NCBI GenBank assembly: GCA_963828125.1
Contig: CAWHDP010000002.1
Location: 448,001 to 512,000 of the forward strand
Direction of reading: 5' to 3'
Length of the DNA stretch: 64,000 bases
Origin: an uncultured Chlamydiae bacterium
GTDB lineage: Bacteria; Chlamydiota; Chlamydiia; Chlamydiales; SM23-39
Under the pieces are notes generated by a model. The model worked only from the letters and a program-made list of their open reading frames with translations, did not search any database and had not been told where the DNA came from. A program made the translations under genes and the position numbers. Below, piece by piece: positions 29,095 through 38,597 of the stretch. Each line of letters begins with the position of its first letter. Within the stretch, counting starts at the first letter, position 1.

Positions 29095-30314
29095 TTTCTC
29101 AGCCTTCGGACGTAGATTCTCCGGATCCGGTTCGGCTCGGCGGCCAAAACGTAAAATAAAAATTCGTCGGTCGCATACTTCGTTCCAGTCGCCGGAATAT
29201 CTCCGAGCTGCTCAATCAACCAGCCCCCTAAAGTGACGATATTCTCCTTCGATTTCAATGCGACGCCGAAGAGTTCTTTAAACTCGCTGAGTTCAAGCTT
29301 ACCGCTCGCAATGATGACGTCTTCGCTAGAACGGGTGTAGAGGCTCTTGGCATCGCGGGCGTCGACGATCTCTCCAATCACCGCTTCAGCCAGATCTTCT
29401 TGCGTGACGAGCCCTGAAATGGAGCCGTATTCATCGACGACCATCGCAAGGCTCACCCCCCTTTCCCGCAAATTGCGGAGCGCGGTCCAACCGCGGGTCG
29501 ATTCGGGAAGATAATAGGGCTTTTGCAAAATCGGCAGAAGGTCTTTGCCAGCTTGGATCTGGTCTCGATGAAAAAAATATTCGCGAGAGGAAAGAATCCC
29601 TCTGATGTTCTCAAGATCGCCGTCAAAAACAGGGATCCGGGTAATCCCTTTTTGGGTAAATAGATCCAAAAGATGATCAAGGGGCTCTTGGATATCGTAC
29701 GAATAGATCTCTTCGCGGGGACGCATATGCTCTTTAAGAAGCGAATTTTGCAGATCGAGGGTTCCTCCGATCAGCTCAGATTCGACCGGCGTCAAAATCC
29801 CCCGTTCTTCTGAAGTTTTAAGCACATGCCTCAACTCATCGGGGGAGATCTCTTTTTCCTCGCGGAGAAAGAAAAAAAGAAAGCGGGAAATCACACTGGT
29901 CGCTCGGGTCAAAGGGCCCCGAATCGGACGCAAAATAGCGGCAGCCCGTTTAATCCAAGGCGCGGCCCAATAGGCAACAGCCACATGGTTCGGGAGGGCG
30001 AGCGATTTCGGAAGCACTTCGCCGAAAACTAACGTCAGGACAAGGGGTACGCCGATTTTCAACGTCCAACCAGGGAAAGCGTTGAAAAGGGTCGAAACCG
30101 TATTTTGGATCAGAATATTGGCTAAAATATTCAAGATCAGAATCGTCACTAACACCTCTCTCGGCCGCTCCATCAAAACGCCAATGAGGGTGAGCCTTGG
30201 ATGAGAGCTGCTCCGATACGATTTGATCGTGAGCGGCGATAGAGAAAAAAGGGCCGTCTCCGAGGCTGAAAGAAAGGCCGACAAGAGGATCAAAAGGAGA
30301 AGAAAAAAAATCAT
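29091..30314 (-). CDS. Hemolysin/CNNM (DUF21-CBS-CorC) family protein
   Basis: SASETALFSL, FGEVLPKS, VVDEYGSISGLVTQED, IGEIVD motifs. Confidence 0.92.
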   Translation of the reverse strand: MIFFLLLLILLSAFLSASETALFSLSPLTIKSYRSSSHPRLTLIGVLMERPREVLVTILILNILANILIQNTVSTLFNAFPGWTLKIGVPLVLTLVFGEVLPKSLALPNHVAVAYWAAPWIKRAAAILRPIRGPLTRATSVISRFLFFFLREEKEISPDELRHVLKTSEERGILTPVESELIGGTLDLQNSLLKEHMRPREEIYSYDIQEPLDHLLDLFTQKGITRIPVFDGDLENIRGILSSREYFFHRDQIQAGKDLLPILQKPYYLPESTRGWTALRNLRERGVSLAMVVDEYGSISGLVTQEDLAEAVIGEIVDARDAKSLYTRSSEDVIIASGKLELSEFKELFGVALKSKENIVTLGGWLIEQLGDIPATGTKYATDEFLFYVLAAEPNRIRRIYVRRLRK

Positions 30315-30607
30315 TTCTTGAAGTGTACTTTGAAAAACCCTTCCGGCACAACTCCTAAATCGCGGATCAGTACCATTTCAATCCAGGCGGGATCGGTTTG
30401 AGAGGCGATCTTAAGCTCCAGATCTTCATGGATTGCAAGGGCTTGGAGCTTCTCCGACTCCATTTCTTCCAGCCGATCGCTGAGAAGGCGCAGATCGTTT
30501 TTTTTCTCTTTTAAAAAGTGGACGTGGAGAACCGCGGCAGCTGCACAAAAGAAGAGGACCCACCAGCTCCGGCGCCAAATAGACATATCAAGCTCCCTGA
30601 TCTCCAT
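30311..30607 (-). CDS. FtsB/FtsL-like small membrane coiled-coil protein
   Basis: TM + coiled coil + DPAWIEMVLIRDLGVVPEG, a DivIC/FtsB-like tail. Confidence 0.6.
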   Translation of the reverse strand: MEIRELDMSIWRRSWWVLFFCAAAAVLHVHFLKEKKNDLRLLSDRLEEMESEKLQALAIHEDLELKIASQTDPAWIEMVLIRDLGVVPEGFFKVHFKK

Positions 30608-30619
30608 GTAACACGTTTC

Positions 30620-31186
30620 CTATATAGATGGGTAGGTGATTTCCATTTGCTTCATGTATTTGCCTTGCCGATCGGCGTAAGAGACTTCACACGCCTCATC
30701 CGCGAGAAAAAAAAGGACTTGGGCCAGCCCCTCCCCTGCATAAATTTTGGCGGGAAGAGGCGTCGTATTCGAGATCTCAAGAGTCACAAACCCTTCCCAT
30801 TCAGGCTCAAAGGGGGTGACATTGACGATGATCCCGCAACGGGCGTAGGTCGATTTGCCGATGCACAAAGTCAAGATATTCCGCGGAATGCGGAAATACT
30901 CGACGCTCCGAGCCAGGGCAAAGGAGTTGGGAGGAATGATGCAAGTCGAGGCGCGGACGTCGACAAAGGCGTCGGCTCGAAAATTTTTCGGATCGACGAT
31001 TGCGCTGTGAACATTGGTGAAAACCTTGAAATCTTCCGCCACTCTGAGGTCGTATCCGTAGCTAGAAAGACCGAAGCTGACAATTCGTTTGCCCCCCTCT
31101 TCCCGCACTTGACGGTCTGCGAAGGGTTCAATCATTTTGTGTTTGATCGCCATTCGGCGGATCCATTTATCCGATCTGAGGGTCAT
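30620..31186 (-). CDS. dcd: dCTP deaminase
   Basis: [27 protein letters not shown] motifs. Confidence 0.96.
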   Translation of the reverse strand: MTLRSDKWIRRMAIKHKMIEPFADRQVREEGGKRIVSFGLSSYGYDLRVAEDFKVFTNVHSAIVDPKNFRADAFVDVRASTCIIPPNSFALARSVEYFRIPRNILTLCIGKSTYARCGIIVNVTPFEPEWEGFVTLEISNTTPLPAKIYAGEGLAQVLFFLADEACEVSYADRQGKYMKQMEITYPSI

Positions 31187-31253
31187 ACTTTAGCCTGTAA
31201 GGGGTCACATATTGTATAGCTTGCGAAATGGTTTTTTGCTACAGTTTTCTAAT

Positions 31254-32264
31254 ATGAGCGAAGCTTTTATCGAGTCCTCATGGGCAAAGCCCGATGCGCC
31301 GTTTGAAAATCCTCTCCGGCCGCAACAGTTGGACGAATTTATTGGACAAGAGGCGGTTCGTGCGCGGCTCAATATTTTCATAGGGGCGGCTCGGAATCGG
31401 AAAGAGGCGTTAGGCCACTGCCTTTTTTCAGGTCCGCCTGGACTTGGCAAAACAACGCTTGCCCACATCATGGCCAAAGCGATGGGGACGCAACTGAGCG
31501 TCACTTCGGGCCCTTCGATCGAAAAACCGGGCGATTTGGCCGGTATTTTGACCCATTTAAAGCTCGGAGACGTCCTCTTCATCGACGAAATCCACCGGAT
31601 GCCGCGGGCTGCTGAAGAATATCTCTACTCGGCCATGGAAGATTTTTCACTCGATCTGATGATCGATACGGGGCCAAACGCCCGCACCGTTCAGGTCAAG
31701 CTCAATCCGTTCACTCTAGTAGGCGCAACGACCCGCTCGGGCCTTCTGAGCGCCCCCATGCGCTCCCGCTTTTTGATCAGCCTGAGACTCGATTACTACG
31801 ACCCTGCTACTCTGCAGCAAATCGTCGCGAGATCGGGGAGATTGCTCGACATGCGCTTAAATGAGTCCTCCTGTTTCGAAATCGCGAAGCGGGCGCGCGG
31901 CACTCCCCGGATCGCCAACAATTTGCTCCGTTGGGTGCGCGATTTTGCAGAGATCCAAAAAGAAAAAAACATCGATGCAGCGCTTGCCCGTAAAGCCTTG
32001 GAGATGTTGGCAATCGACGAGCGGGGCTTAGATGAAATGGACAAAAAAATCCTAAGTGTTATCATTGATCACCACAACGGGGGTCCAGTGGGCCTCAATA
32101 ATTTGGCAGCTGCATGCGGCGAAGAATCGCATACCATTGAAGAGGTGTATGAGCCCTTTTTGATTTTACAAGGGATGATTCGGCGCACCCCGCGGGGGCG
32201 CGAAACCACAGAAGCTGCCTATGAACATCTTGGCCGAAGGCCAAAAAAAATACCGGAGTCTTAG
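31254..32264 (+). CDS. ruvB: Holliday junction branch-migration helicase RuvB
   Basis: LRPQQLDEFIGQ, GPPGLGKTTLA, DEIHR, RGTPRIAN, RTPRGR motifs. Confidence 0.97.
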   Translation: MSEAFIESSWAKPDAPFENPLRPQQLDEFIGQEAVRARLNIFIGAARNRKEALGHCLFSGPPGLGKTTLAHIMAKAMGTQLSVTSGPSIEKPGDLAGILTHLKLGDVLFIDEIHRMPRAAEEYLYSAMEDFSLDLMIDTGPNARTVQVKLNPFTLVGATTRSGLLSAPMRSRFLISLRLDYYDPATLQQIVARSGRLLDMRLNESSCFEIAKRARGTPRIANNLLRWVRDFAEIQKEKNIDAALARKALEMLAIDERGLDEMDKKILSVIIDHHNGGPVGLNNLAAACGEESHTIEEVYEPFLILQGMIRRTPRGRETTEAAYEHLGRRPKKIPES

Positions 32265-32265
32265 A

Positions 32266-33447
32266 ATGAAAACGTCCCTTTTTGCCGCAGCCCTTCTCTG
32301 CAGCGCCATAAGCCCAATGTATGCCGATGAATACACGACATACGAGCGGATTGCCGAACCGATGGCCCCTCGAAATATCCAAATCCTCCTCGAAAAAGAC
32401 GCCGACGGGGTTTTGCTGGAAGTGAAGGGACCCTACTATATTTTCAACCAGTATGACGGAACGCGCGTCGCTTCAGGCCTACTGGGCAAAAGATTCATGA
32501 TCCACGAGCTAGAGAACGGATTGAAATGGGGGGAAGAATTTCCCGGGATCCATCAAATCTATATCAAGCCCCGCTCCTCTGAAACCTCGATCTTCATCAA
32601 CGGGATTCAGTATGCCGGCTCGATCGCAATCTATGGCGTTGCTGGAAGGATCCACGTCGTCAATGACATCGATATTGAATCGTATGTCAAAGCAAAACTC
32701 ACCTCCCAATTCCTCTCTCCGCTTGAGCCCGAGGTGATGTCAGCGCTTGCCATTTTGGCCAGAACCGATGCCTACTACCAGGCGATGCGCGCTCACCCCA
32801 GCAGCTTCTGGCACGTCAGCGCTGGGGAGGTCGGCTATCAGGGCTCTGCCCTCGTCGTCGCAAGCTCTCTTGTCGATCGGGCCGTGGAGAGTACCCGCCA
32901 TCTGATCCTCCTCCATTCAGAAGAGGGGAAAGATCTCCCCTTTCCAACTACCTGGACGGAAAATAGCGGAGGGAAAACAGCCCCCTATTCCCGCATTTTT
33001 CGGAAAGAGACCTTTGCTCCCGAAAAAGGGGTGGAAGCTCCTCATGCAGCGCTCGCTCGCCAAAAATCAAAATGGAGCTATCAAATCGGGAAAAAGACGC
33101 TCGCTCACCTCTTGAACGTGAGCCAAATCTCCTCGATCGAGCCCTTTATGGATAAAGAATCGTCTAAAGTGTATGGGGTGCGAATTAAGGACGGCTCCGC
33201 GTCGGTCGATATCGACTTCCTGACCCTCCAATCGCGCATTGGCGCCGCCCACTTGCAAAGCTCAGACTTCACAGTTGCGTTAAAAGAGGACGCTGTCCGC
33301 TTCGACGGGTTCGGTAAAGGGCACGGAGTCGGCTTGTGTCTCTACTCGGCGAACGTCCTTGCGCTCAACGGAGAGAACGCGGTGAAGATCTTGTCCAAAT
33401 TCTTCCCTGAGACCTATCTATATAATTTGAACGCCGTCCCTAAATAA
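32266..33447 (+). CDS. SpoIID/LytB domain peptidoglycan hydrolase
   Basis: Signal peptide; VVNDIDIESYV, ALAILART, GKGHGVGLC, ILSKFFP motifs. Confidence 0.88.
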   Translation: MKTSLFAAALLCSAISPMYADEYTTYERIAEPMAPRNIQILLEKDADGVLLEVKGPYYIFNQYDGTRVASGLLGKRFMIHELENGLKWGEEFPGIHQIYIKPRSSETSIFINGIQYAGSIAIYGVAGRIHVVNDIDIESYVKAKLTSQFLSPLEPEVMSALAILARTDAYYQAMRAHPSSFWHVSAGEVGYQGSALVVASSLVDRAVESTRHLILLHSEEGKDLPFPTTWTENSGGKTAPYSRIFRKETFAPEKGVEAPHAALARQKSKWSYQIGKKTLAHLLNVSQISSIEPFMDKESSKVYGVRIKDGSASVDIDFLTLQSRIGAAHLQSSDFTVALKEDAVRFDGFGKGHGVGLCLYSANVLALNGENAVKILSKFFPETYLYNLNAVPK

Positions 33448-33450
33448 GAA

Positions 33451-33479
33451 TTGCTCGGAAAGCGGATGATTGATAAAAT
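33451..33479 (+). promoter_or_regulatory. Promoter of SRP RNA
   Basis: TTGCTC, 17-nt spacer, TAAAAT, ending 6-7 nt before the RNA stem. Confidence 0.6.
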
Positions 33480-33485
33480 CCCCAT

Positions 33486-33583
33486 CACCGGGGACCTCGT
33501 GGAATAAGCAATCTGAACCAGGTCAGGGCCGGAAGGCAGCATCCTTAAGGAATCTGCCTTATGCCACGAGATTATCTCCGGTG
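33486..33583 (+). ncRNA. ffs: Signal recognition particle 4.5S RNA
   Basis: Domain-IV signature TCAGGGCCGGAAGGCAGCA; long stem CACCGGGGA/TCTCCGGTG and CTCGTGG/CCACGAG; T-run follows. Confidence 0.92.
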
Positions 33584-34168
33584 TTTTTCTTCGACAGCCA
33601 TGCACGCTCGCCGAAGCGCGCTCTCTGCGTCGACCCCTAACTCTTCGGCCTCCCTCACCAAATCCCAGAGCCTCTGCCCAAGATCATCTGAAATTTTTTC
33701 CTCTACTACCCCACTTTTTTGACGCCGCAGCTTGTGAATCACTTTTTGAGCGCGCGCTAAAGCCGGTAAAGTCGGCGGAATATCGGCAATCGGACTCTTT
33801 TTCCCCTCTTCCCGCTTCACATCCTCCCAACGATTGAGGATATCATCCGTGGAGGAAATTTTTTGATCGCCAAAAACGTGCGGATGGCGCCTGATCAGCT
33901 TCTCCGCCACACCCCGAATCGATTCAGACAAACTAAATGTTTTTTCCTTCTCGCCCAATTTTGCAATAAAAATTAACGTGTATAGAACATCTCCCAATTC
34001 TTCTGAAATTTTTTTTGGATTGTTGGCGTCGATCGCCTCAATTAATTCATGCGTCTCCTCTAGAAGATAGGGTTGCAAAGTAAAAAATGTCTGTTCACGA
34101 TCCCAAGGGCAACCATTACTTCCTAATAATTGATCTGCAATTTTTAAAAGACTTTCAAATTCATTCAT
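33572..34168 (-). CDS. mazG: MazG nucleotide pyrophosphohydrolase
   Basis: GCPWDREQT, EELGDVL, KLIRRHPHVFG motifs; probable start ATG 34168. Confidence 0.93.
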   Translation of the reverse strand: MNEFESLLKIADQLLGSNGCPWDREQTFFTLQPYLLEETHELIEAIDANNPKKISEELGDVLYTLIFIAKLGEKEKTFSLSESIRGVAEKLIRRHPHVFGDQKISSTDDILNRWEDVKREEGKKSPIADIPPTLPALARAQKVIHKLRRQKSGVVEEKISDDLGQRLWDLVREAEELGVDAESALRRACMAVEEKHRR

Positions 34169-34275
34169 AAAATAACTCCGATTTTGAATTGTACAATGAT
34201 ACAATATTTTGCTTGCATACGCAACGATTTTTGCTTTGAGATTCAATCCCAATACGTGTATAATAAGGCAAATTT

Positions 34276-37200
34276 ATGGCAAAGCTAACCGTACGTCCAA
34301 GTAATTTTTCCCAACGAGATCCAGCCGCGGATCTCCCTGTCCGAGAGGAGAGGGGGATGATCGGTTCGGTTTGGGATGGCGCAGTCCGAAGACCGTGGGA
34401 TCATGTTTGTTATTGGACTTGCCCTGCTGCCAACCCCTCAGCAACGCTCAATCGGATCAGCATCGCTGCAGGCGACGCGTTGAACCAGGCAAAGATTCGG
34501 GGTATCCAGGTCGAACCGGTCAGTCCCCGCCTACATGGCGAGGTGGAAGCCCTCCTGAGCAGAAAAAAAACAGCTCAGCAGGTGGCTGCAAAGAAAACCG
34601 CAGAGGTAGGTCCGGTCGCCAAACTAGGTTGGTTCCGCAATGACCCTGAAGTGACCAAAGCGCCGCCCGTCGGAAGCATAGCGCCCGACTGGGATTCTGA
34701 GAATGCCCAGAGACAAGAAGACATCAAAAATAAGATCACTGTGTATAGCACTCTTTTGGAAATGCGCAAAAGATGTGGAATTATGGAGACCAATAACCTT
34801 AAGCTAATGGAGCTCGTCAGACAGGCGACCGAAGTGGGGAAATTCTCTGTTTGGCATCTATTCACCAGTAGTTACAAGCTGACCTTTTTTCAAAAAATCC
34901 AGGCAGCCTGGTTTTATGTGTTCTACTTTCTCACCTCCCTGATTCACAACACAGTCGACGCCTACGTTGTGGCGTTCATTAAAAACGTACGGGAAGATCT
35001 CTCCCAAGAGCAAAGCATAACAAGATTGAAATTTTTCAAAACTCTGCTGTCGGAAACAGACGAATTTTTAATTGAAGATTTGAAGGCCACCGAAGATTTT
35101 GCAAATGAAAAGGGTGAAGGACTCCTTTGGAAATATCGAGACCGCGCTATTGAACGCCATTATGGATGTTCTCTACCAGAACTGTGTAAAGCATTCAGTG
35201 AAAAATGGGTAGATGGGGGAGCCTCGGAGAATGTGCCGATCTTGAGGGGGTTGCAGGAAATCCCAATCCTCAAATGGGTGATTAAAGCATTTGAAGAGCT
35301 TGTTAACCGGTTCATTATTCGGAGGGCCATGAAGTACGTGATCCTGCCGGAGGCTACAGAAACGGCTGTGAAAAAAGGGATCGAAGCCACCCAGCCCCAC
35401 AATCTCCCCTTCGCTCTGAGTCTGACCCGATTTTTGAACCAACGGCTAGAGAGGCTCCTCAGCAAAATCAAGAGCGGCAGTAATGATCCAACGACTCTCA
35501 ACTATCTTCCCGGCGTCAGCGAAATGCTCCCCGACACAGTCGTGAGCCTAAAGAGGGCTTTGGAGCTAGACGGAATCACCACACCGCTCCAATTGAGACA
35601 AAAGATTCAGGAACTCAATGAAGGGAAAAAATGGTGGGATCCTCGCCGCTTCTACGATCCGAAAATTGATGCGGCGATCGAACAGGGGATTGTGAAAGCA
35701 GGCAACCTTCTGATGGGGACTCTCAATGAAACCCTCCTATCTGGAGAACTCTCCGCTATTTTTCTTGAAGTAGCCACGGAGCCTTTTAAAGAGAGCGGGC
35801 AAGATCAAGCCTCGTTGGAGGCTGCCTATAAAAATGAGTCCAGCAATCTGCAGACAACCGCTGCAGCCTTCTTTAAAGAGGTCGTCGATCGGGCAGTAGC
35901 CGATCGGTTCAACGGACCCAACGCGACAGAATCGCAGACCCTTGCTGAACAGTCATTTGACGCCCAAAAAACCGTTGTGGGGCACTTGCTCCATGAACTG
36001 GGCGACATCGCCGGCCGGATGGACGAGAAAATCGCCGCCTCTTCGAGCGGACCGACCCCTGAGAACAACATTCAGATAGAGATCGCCTCCTTCTTGCAAA
36101 CGGTCAAAGTCCTCGCCAGTAGAAAAGAGCTCCAAGAGACATTGGAGAATGTCAAAGGGGAAGATCAAAATCGGATCTGGAGTCTGCTCACACCTCTCTT
36201 CGATCGGGTCGAGAAACTCTTGCCGCGCATCACCCTCCTTCAGAAATTGCAAGACGAATATCCTCCCCACTCAACAGTCGCCTCTGATTTTAAGCAGATG
36301 GAAGAGGTTTTAGAATCGGTTCGCGATCACTCCAGACATCTCCGGAATCCCTTATTGAGCTTTTTGCGGAAAATCTTTGATGAGATTGTCCGTTTGTTAG
36401 GGAAGCAGGTTCCTTTCAAGGACACAATGAGAGAAATGATCGACCACGTCTCCGAGTGTTCTGAGAATGCGGTTAAAGAACAGATGGCGATCGACGCGCT
36501 CCATGCCCTAAAGCCCCACGGGGGAAAGGGGCTATTGGATCAGATGCTCGATTATGAAAAAGGCGCTCACTCTTGGGGTTTTAGACCGAGACAATGCCTC
36601 GCTGCAATCGGAGAACAACTCAAATATTTCCCTGCGGCGAAACAACAAGAGCTCCAAGCCATCATCCAAGACGGGACGCATTTGAGTCGAAATTGGGAAC
36701 GGTTAAATACGGTACTCCAGGAAATGCATCAGCACCATTTCAACGCCAAAACGGCAGCCGACGCTCTATTTGAGGCTGCCATCAAGCAAACCAAAGGATG
36801 GATGCAAGAGAAGCACATATCCTACAACAAGCTCAAAGAATTGAACCATCGACAAATGAAATCTGAAATGAAGAGCCTTTTGAAAGAAGTGCACTCTCTC
36901 ACCCAAAGAGCCGAACAAACGGAACTGAATATGCCCCGCTCGCTCCCCTCTGCGATCACAGGCCTTGGCAGACTCGGATTCACGACAGCCGTTGGGACAG
37001 TAGCCGGAACCTATTTCGGCTGGCCAGTGGCGCTCGGAGCTTTAGGAGGCGCTGTCGGCAAACTATTCAATGGCGTCAGCCATTCGAAAGAGAGCGGCTG
37101 GAAATCGCTCGCAAAAACAGCGGCCGGCACAGCCATTGGGGCCGCAGCTTCCAATTATCTCCCCCCTCTCGCACCCCAACTGATCCCCCATATTCCCTCA

Positions 37201-37479
37201 ATCGCTCCTTATATTCCGTCGCAGTTGGCCTCTTATGATATTCCAGGGAAAATCACCTCCGTGCTCAATAACATCCACGAATGGACCGATACGGCAAAGG
37301 CCTTGACCGCCGCCTTTGCCGGCTGGGGTACCATCAAAACCGTCCAGAATACAGGCAAGGACTTAGTGAACGAAAAAGTGTGGCAGATTTTCACCAAAGC
37401 CTACAAATTAAGCCTCGATCCAAGGATCTACAAAGCCGCCACAACCCGCGCTATGAAGGCCATGGTGGAGACTACCTAA
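34276..37479 (+). CDS. Large hypothetical helical protein (candidate effector)
   Basis: 1067-aa ORF with coiled coils and a Gly-zipper hydrophobic C-terminal region; TATAAT upstream. Confidence 0.75.
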   Translation: MAKLTVRPSNFSQRDPAADLPVREERGMIGSVWDGAVRRPWDHVCYWTCPAANPSATLNRISIAAGDALNQAKIRGIQVEPVSPRLHGEVEALLSRKKTAQQVAAKKTAEVGPVAKLGWFRNDPEVTKAPPVGSIAPDWDSENAQRQEDIKNKITVYSTLLEMRKRCGIMETNNLKLMELVRQATEVGKFSVWHLFTSSYKLTFFQKIQAAWFYVFYFLTSLIHNTVDAYVVAFIKNVREDLSQEQSITRLKFFKTLLSETDEFLIEDLKATEDFANEKGEGLLWKYRDRAIERHYGCSLPELCKAFSEKWVDGGASENVPILRGLQEIPILKWVIKAFEELVNRFIIRRAMKYVILPEATETAVKKGIEATQPHNLPFALSLTRFLNQRLERLLSKIKSGSNDPTTLNYLPGVSEMLPDTVVSLKRALELDGITTPLQLRQKIQELNEGKKWWDPRRFYDPKIDAAIEQGIVKAGNLLMGTLNETLLSGELSAIFLEVATEPFKESGQDQASLEAAYKNESSNLQTTAAAFFKEVVDRAVADRFNGPNATESQTLAEQSFDAQKTVVGHLLHELGDIAGRMDEKIAASSSGPTPENNIQIEIASFLQTVKVLASRKELQETLENVKGEDQNRIWSLLTPLFDRVEKLLPRITLLQKLQDEYPPHSTVASDFKQMEEVLESVRDHSRHLRNPLLSFLRKIFDEIVRLLGKQVPFKDTMREMIDHVSECSENAVKEQMAIDALHALKPHGGKGLLDQMLDYEKGAHSWGFRPRQCLAAIGEQLKYFPAAKQQELQAIIQDGTHLSRNWERLNTVLQEMHQHHFNAKTAADALFEAAIKQTKGWMQEKHISYNKLKELNHRQMKSEMKSLLKEVHSLTQRAEQTELNMPRSLPSAITGLGRLGFTTAVGTVAGTYFGWPVALGALGGAVGKLFNGVSHSKESGWKSLAKTAAGTAIGAAASNYLPPLAPQLIPHIPSIAPYIPSQLASYDIPGKITSVLNNIHEWTDTAKALTAAFAGWGTIKTVQNTGKDLVNEKVWQIFTKAYKLSLDPRIYKAATTRAMKAMVETT

Positions 37480-37482
37480 TTT

Positions 37483-37689
37483 TTACCAGCGGCGATGCTG
37501 TCTTTCCCCGTTTGTCTGGGTCTGATCTTGGTGATCCCATCGGTACGGGGTCTCTTCTTGTCCTTTCTGCCCACATTTCTCCTTCATCTGCCCGCATTTT
37601 TTATTTCCTGGACAATAGTTTTGATCGCAGCAAGATGAAATTGCAAAGGCAAATGCTAACGCAACTAAAGCGAGAATTAATTTTTTCAT
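37483..37689 (-). CDS. Small cysteine-rich lipoprotein (OmcA-like)
   Basis: MKKLILALVALAFAFAISSCC lipoprotein signal, 5 Cys, GAGGAG RBS. Confidence 0.65.
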   Translation of the reverse strand: MKKLILALVALAFAFAISSCCDQNYCPGNKKCGQMKEKCGQKGQEETPYRWDHQDQTQTNGERQHRRW

Positions 37690-37739
37690 GGAATAGCTCC
37701 TCTTAAGCTTTTAACCTCCTAGTAATATTTATCCTTTTT

Positions 37740-38597
37740 TTATGCAATAGAATTAGCCCGCATCATGCCGACTGTTCGCATGGCGTCTTGCATATCGGGG
37801 AATAGAGGAGCTGTCAAATCGATCACCCTCCCTCGGAAGGAGAATTGGAGCCGGTAGGCATGGAGGAGTGTCCGCTGAATGAAGAGCTTACAGCGGAACT
37901 GTTGGGCATATTGCCGGTCGATCAAAATGGGATGTCCCATTTCGGCTAGATGGACACGGATCTGATGGGTTCGACCCGTCTCGGGCTCGCATAAAAGGAG
38001 GGCAGCCTGTGCGCCTGCCGCAAGCCTCTCCCAGCGGGTGACGGCAGCAGCCCCTTGGGGAGCCGATCCCCAAATCGTCTGCCCTTGGTAGACTCTCTTT
38101 TTGGCAAGGAAACTGCGCCGCTCTCCCCTCTCCTCTTTAGGAATGCCGTCGACAAGGGCCAGATAACTTTTTCCGATCTCCCTTTTCTCAAACATCTCCA
38201 TTAACTCATCGCGACTCCGACTGTTTTTTGCGACAATCAAAAGCCCCGTCGTCTCTTTGTCCAAACGGTGGACTAAATAATGACCGGTGCCAAAAGTTTT
38301 TAGAGCATTTTTCGGATCGCAAATCCAGCCGGACGGTTTATTGACGATTTTGAGAGAGTCGTCCTCGTAAATCATCTCCATCTGAGAATCTCGAGGAGCG
38401 AGAATCGATTTCCAGCTCGGGGCCAGCTCGACGGCGTCGCCCCCTTGCAAGCTGCGGGAGCCGAACCGCTCAACCTTGCCATTAATGCGGCAGAGGTTGG
38501 CTTCAAGAAGCTTGCGCAAAAACTTACCCGAATAATCGCCGAGCCGACCCTGCAAAAAAGCGACGAGCTTTTGCGGCGCTGGAACGAGCCACCTCAC
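37740..38597 (-). CDS. RluA-family pseudouridine synthase
   Basis: NKPSG, HRLDKETTGL, TGRTHQIRVHL, LHAY motifs. Confidence 0.93.
   Translation of the reverse strand: MRWLVPAPQKLVAFLQGRLGDYSGKFLRKLLEANLCRINGKVERFGSRSLQGGDAVELAPSWKSILAPRDSQMEMIYEDDSLKIVNKPSGWICDPKNALKTFGTGHYLVHRLDKETTGLLIVAKNSRSRDELMEMFEKREIGKSYLALVDGIPKEERGERRSFLAKKRVYQGQTIWGSAPQGAAAVTRWERLAAGAQAALLLCEPETGRTHQIRVHLAEMGHPILIDRQYAQQFRCKLFIQRTLLHAYRLQFSFRGRVIDLTAPLFPDMQDAMRTVGMMRANSIA

Noticed and set aside
27892..30314. Tandem hemolysin-like CBS genes as a novel toxin pair
   Set aside because: A CNNM/CorC pair is a familiar conserved chlamydial arrangement, probably for Mg2+/Co2+ handling.
30518..31219. 233-aa plus-strand ORF and similar long antisense ORFs (e.g. 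54173-54913, 43998-44579)
   Set aside because: They lie opposite well-supported genes (dcd, fabH, the beta-barrel gene) and have no motifs.
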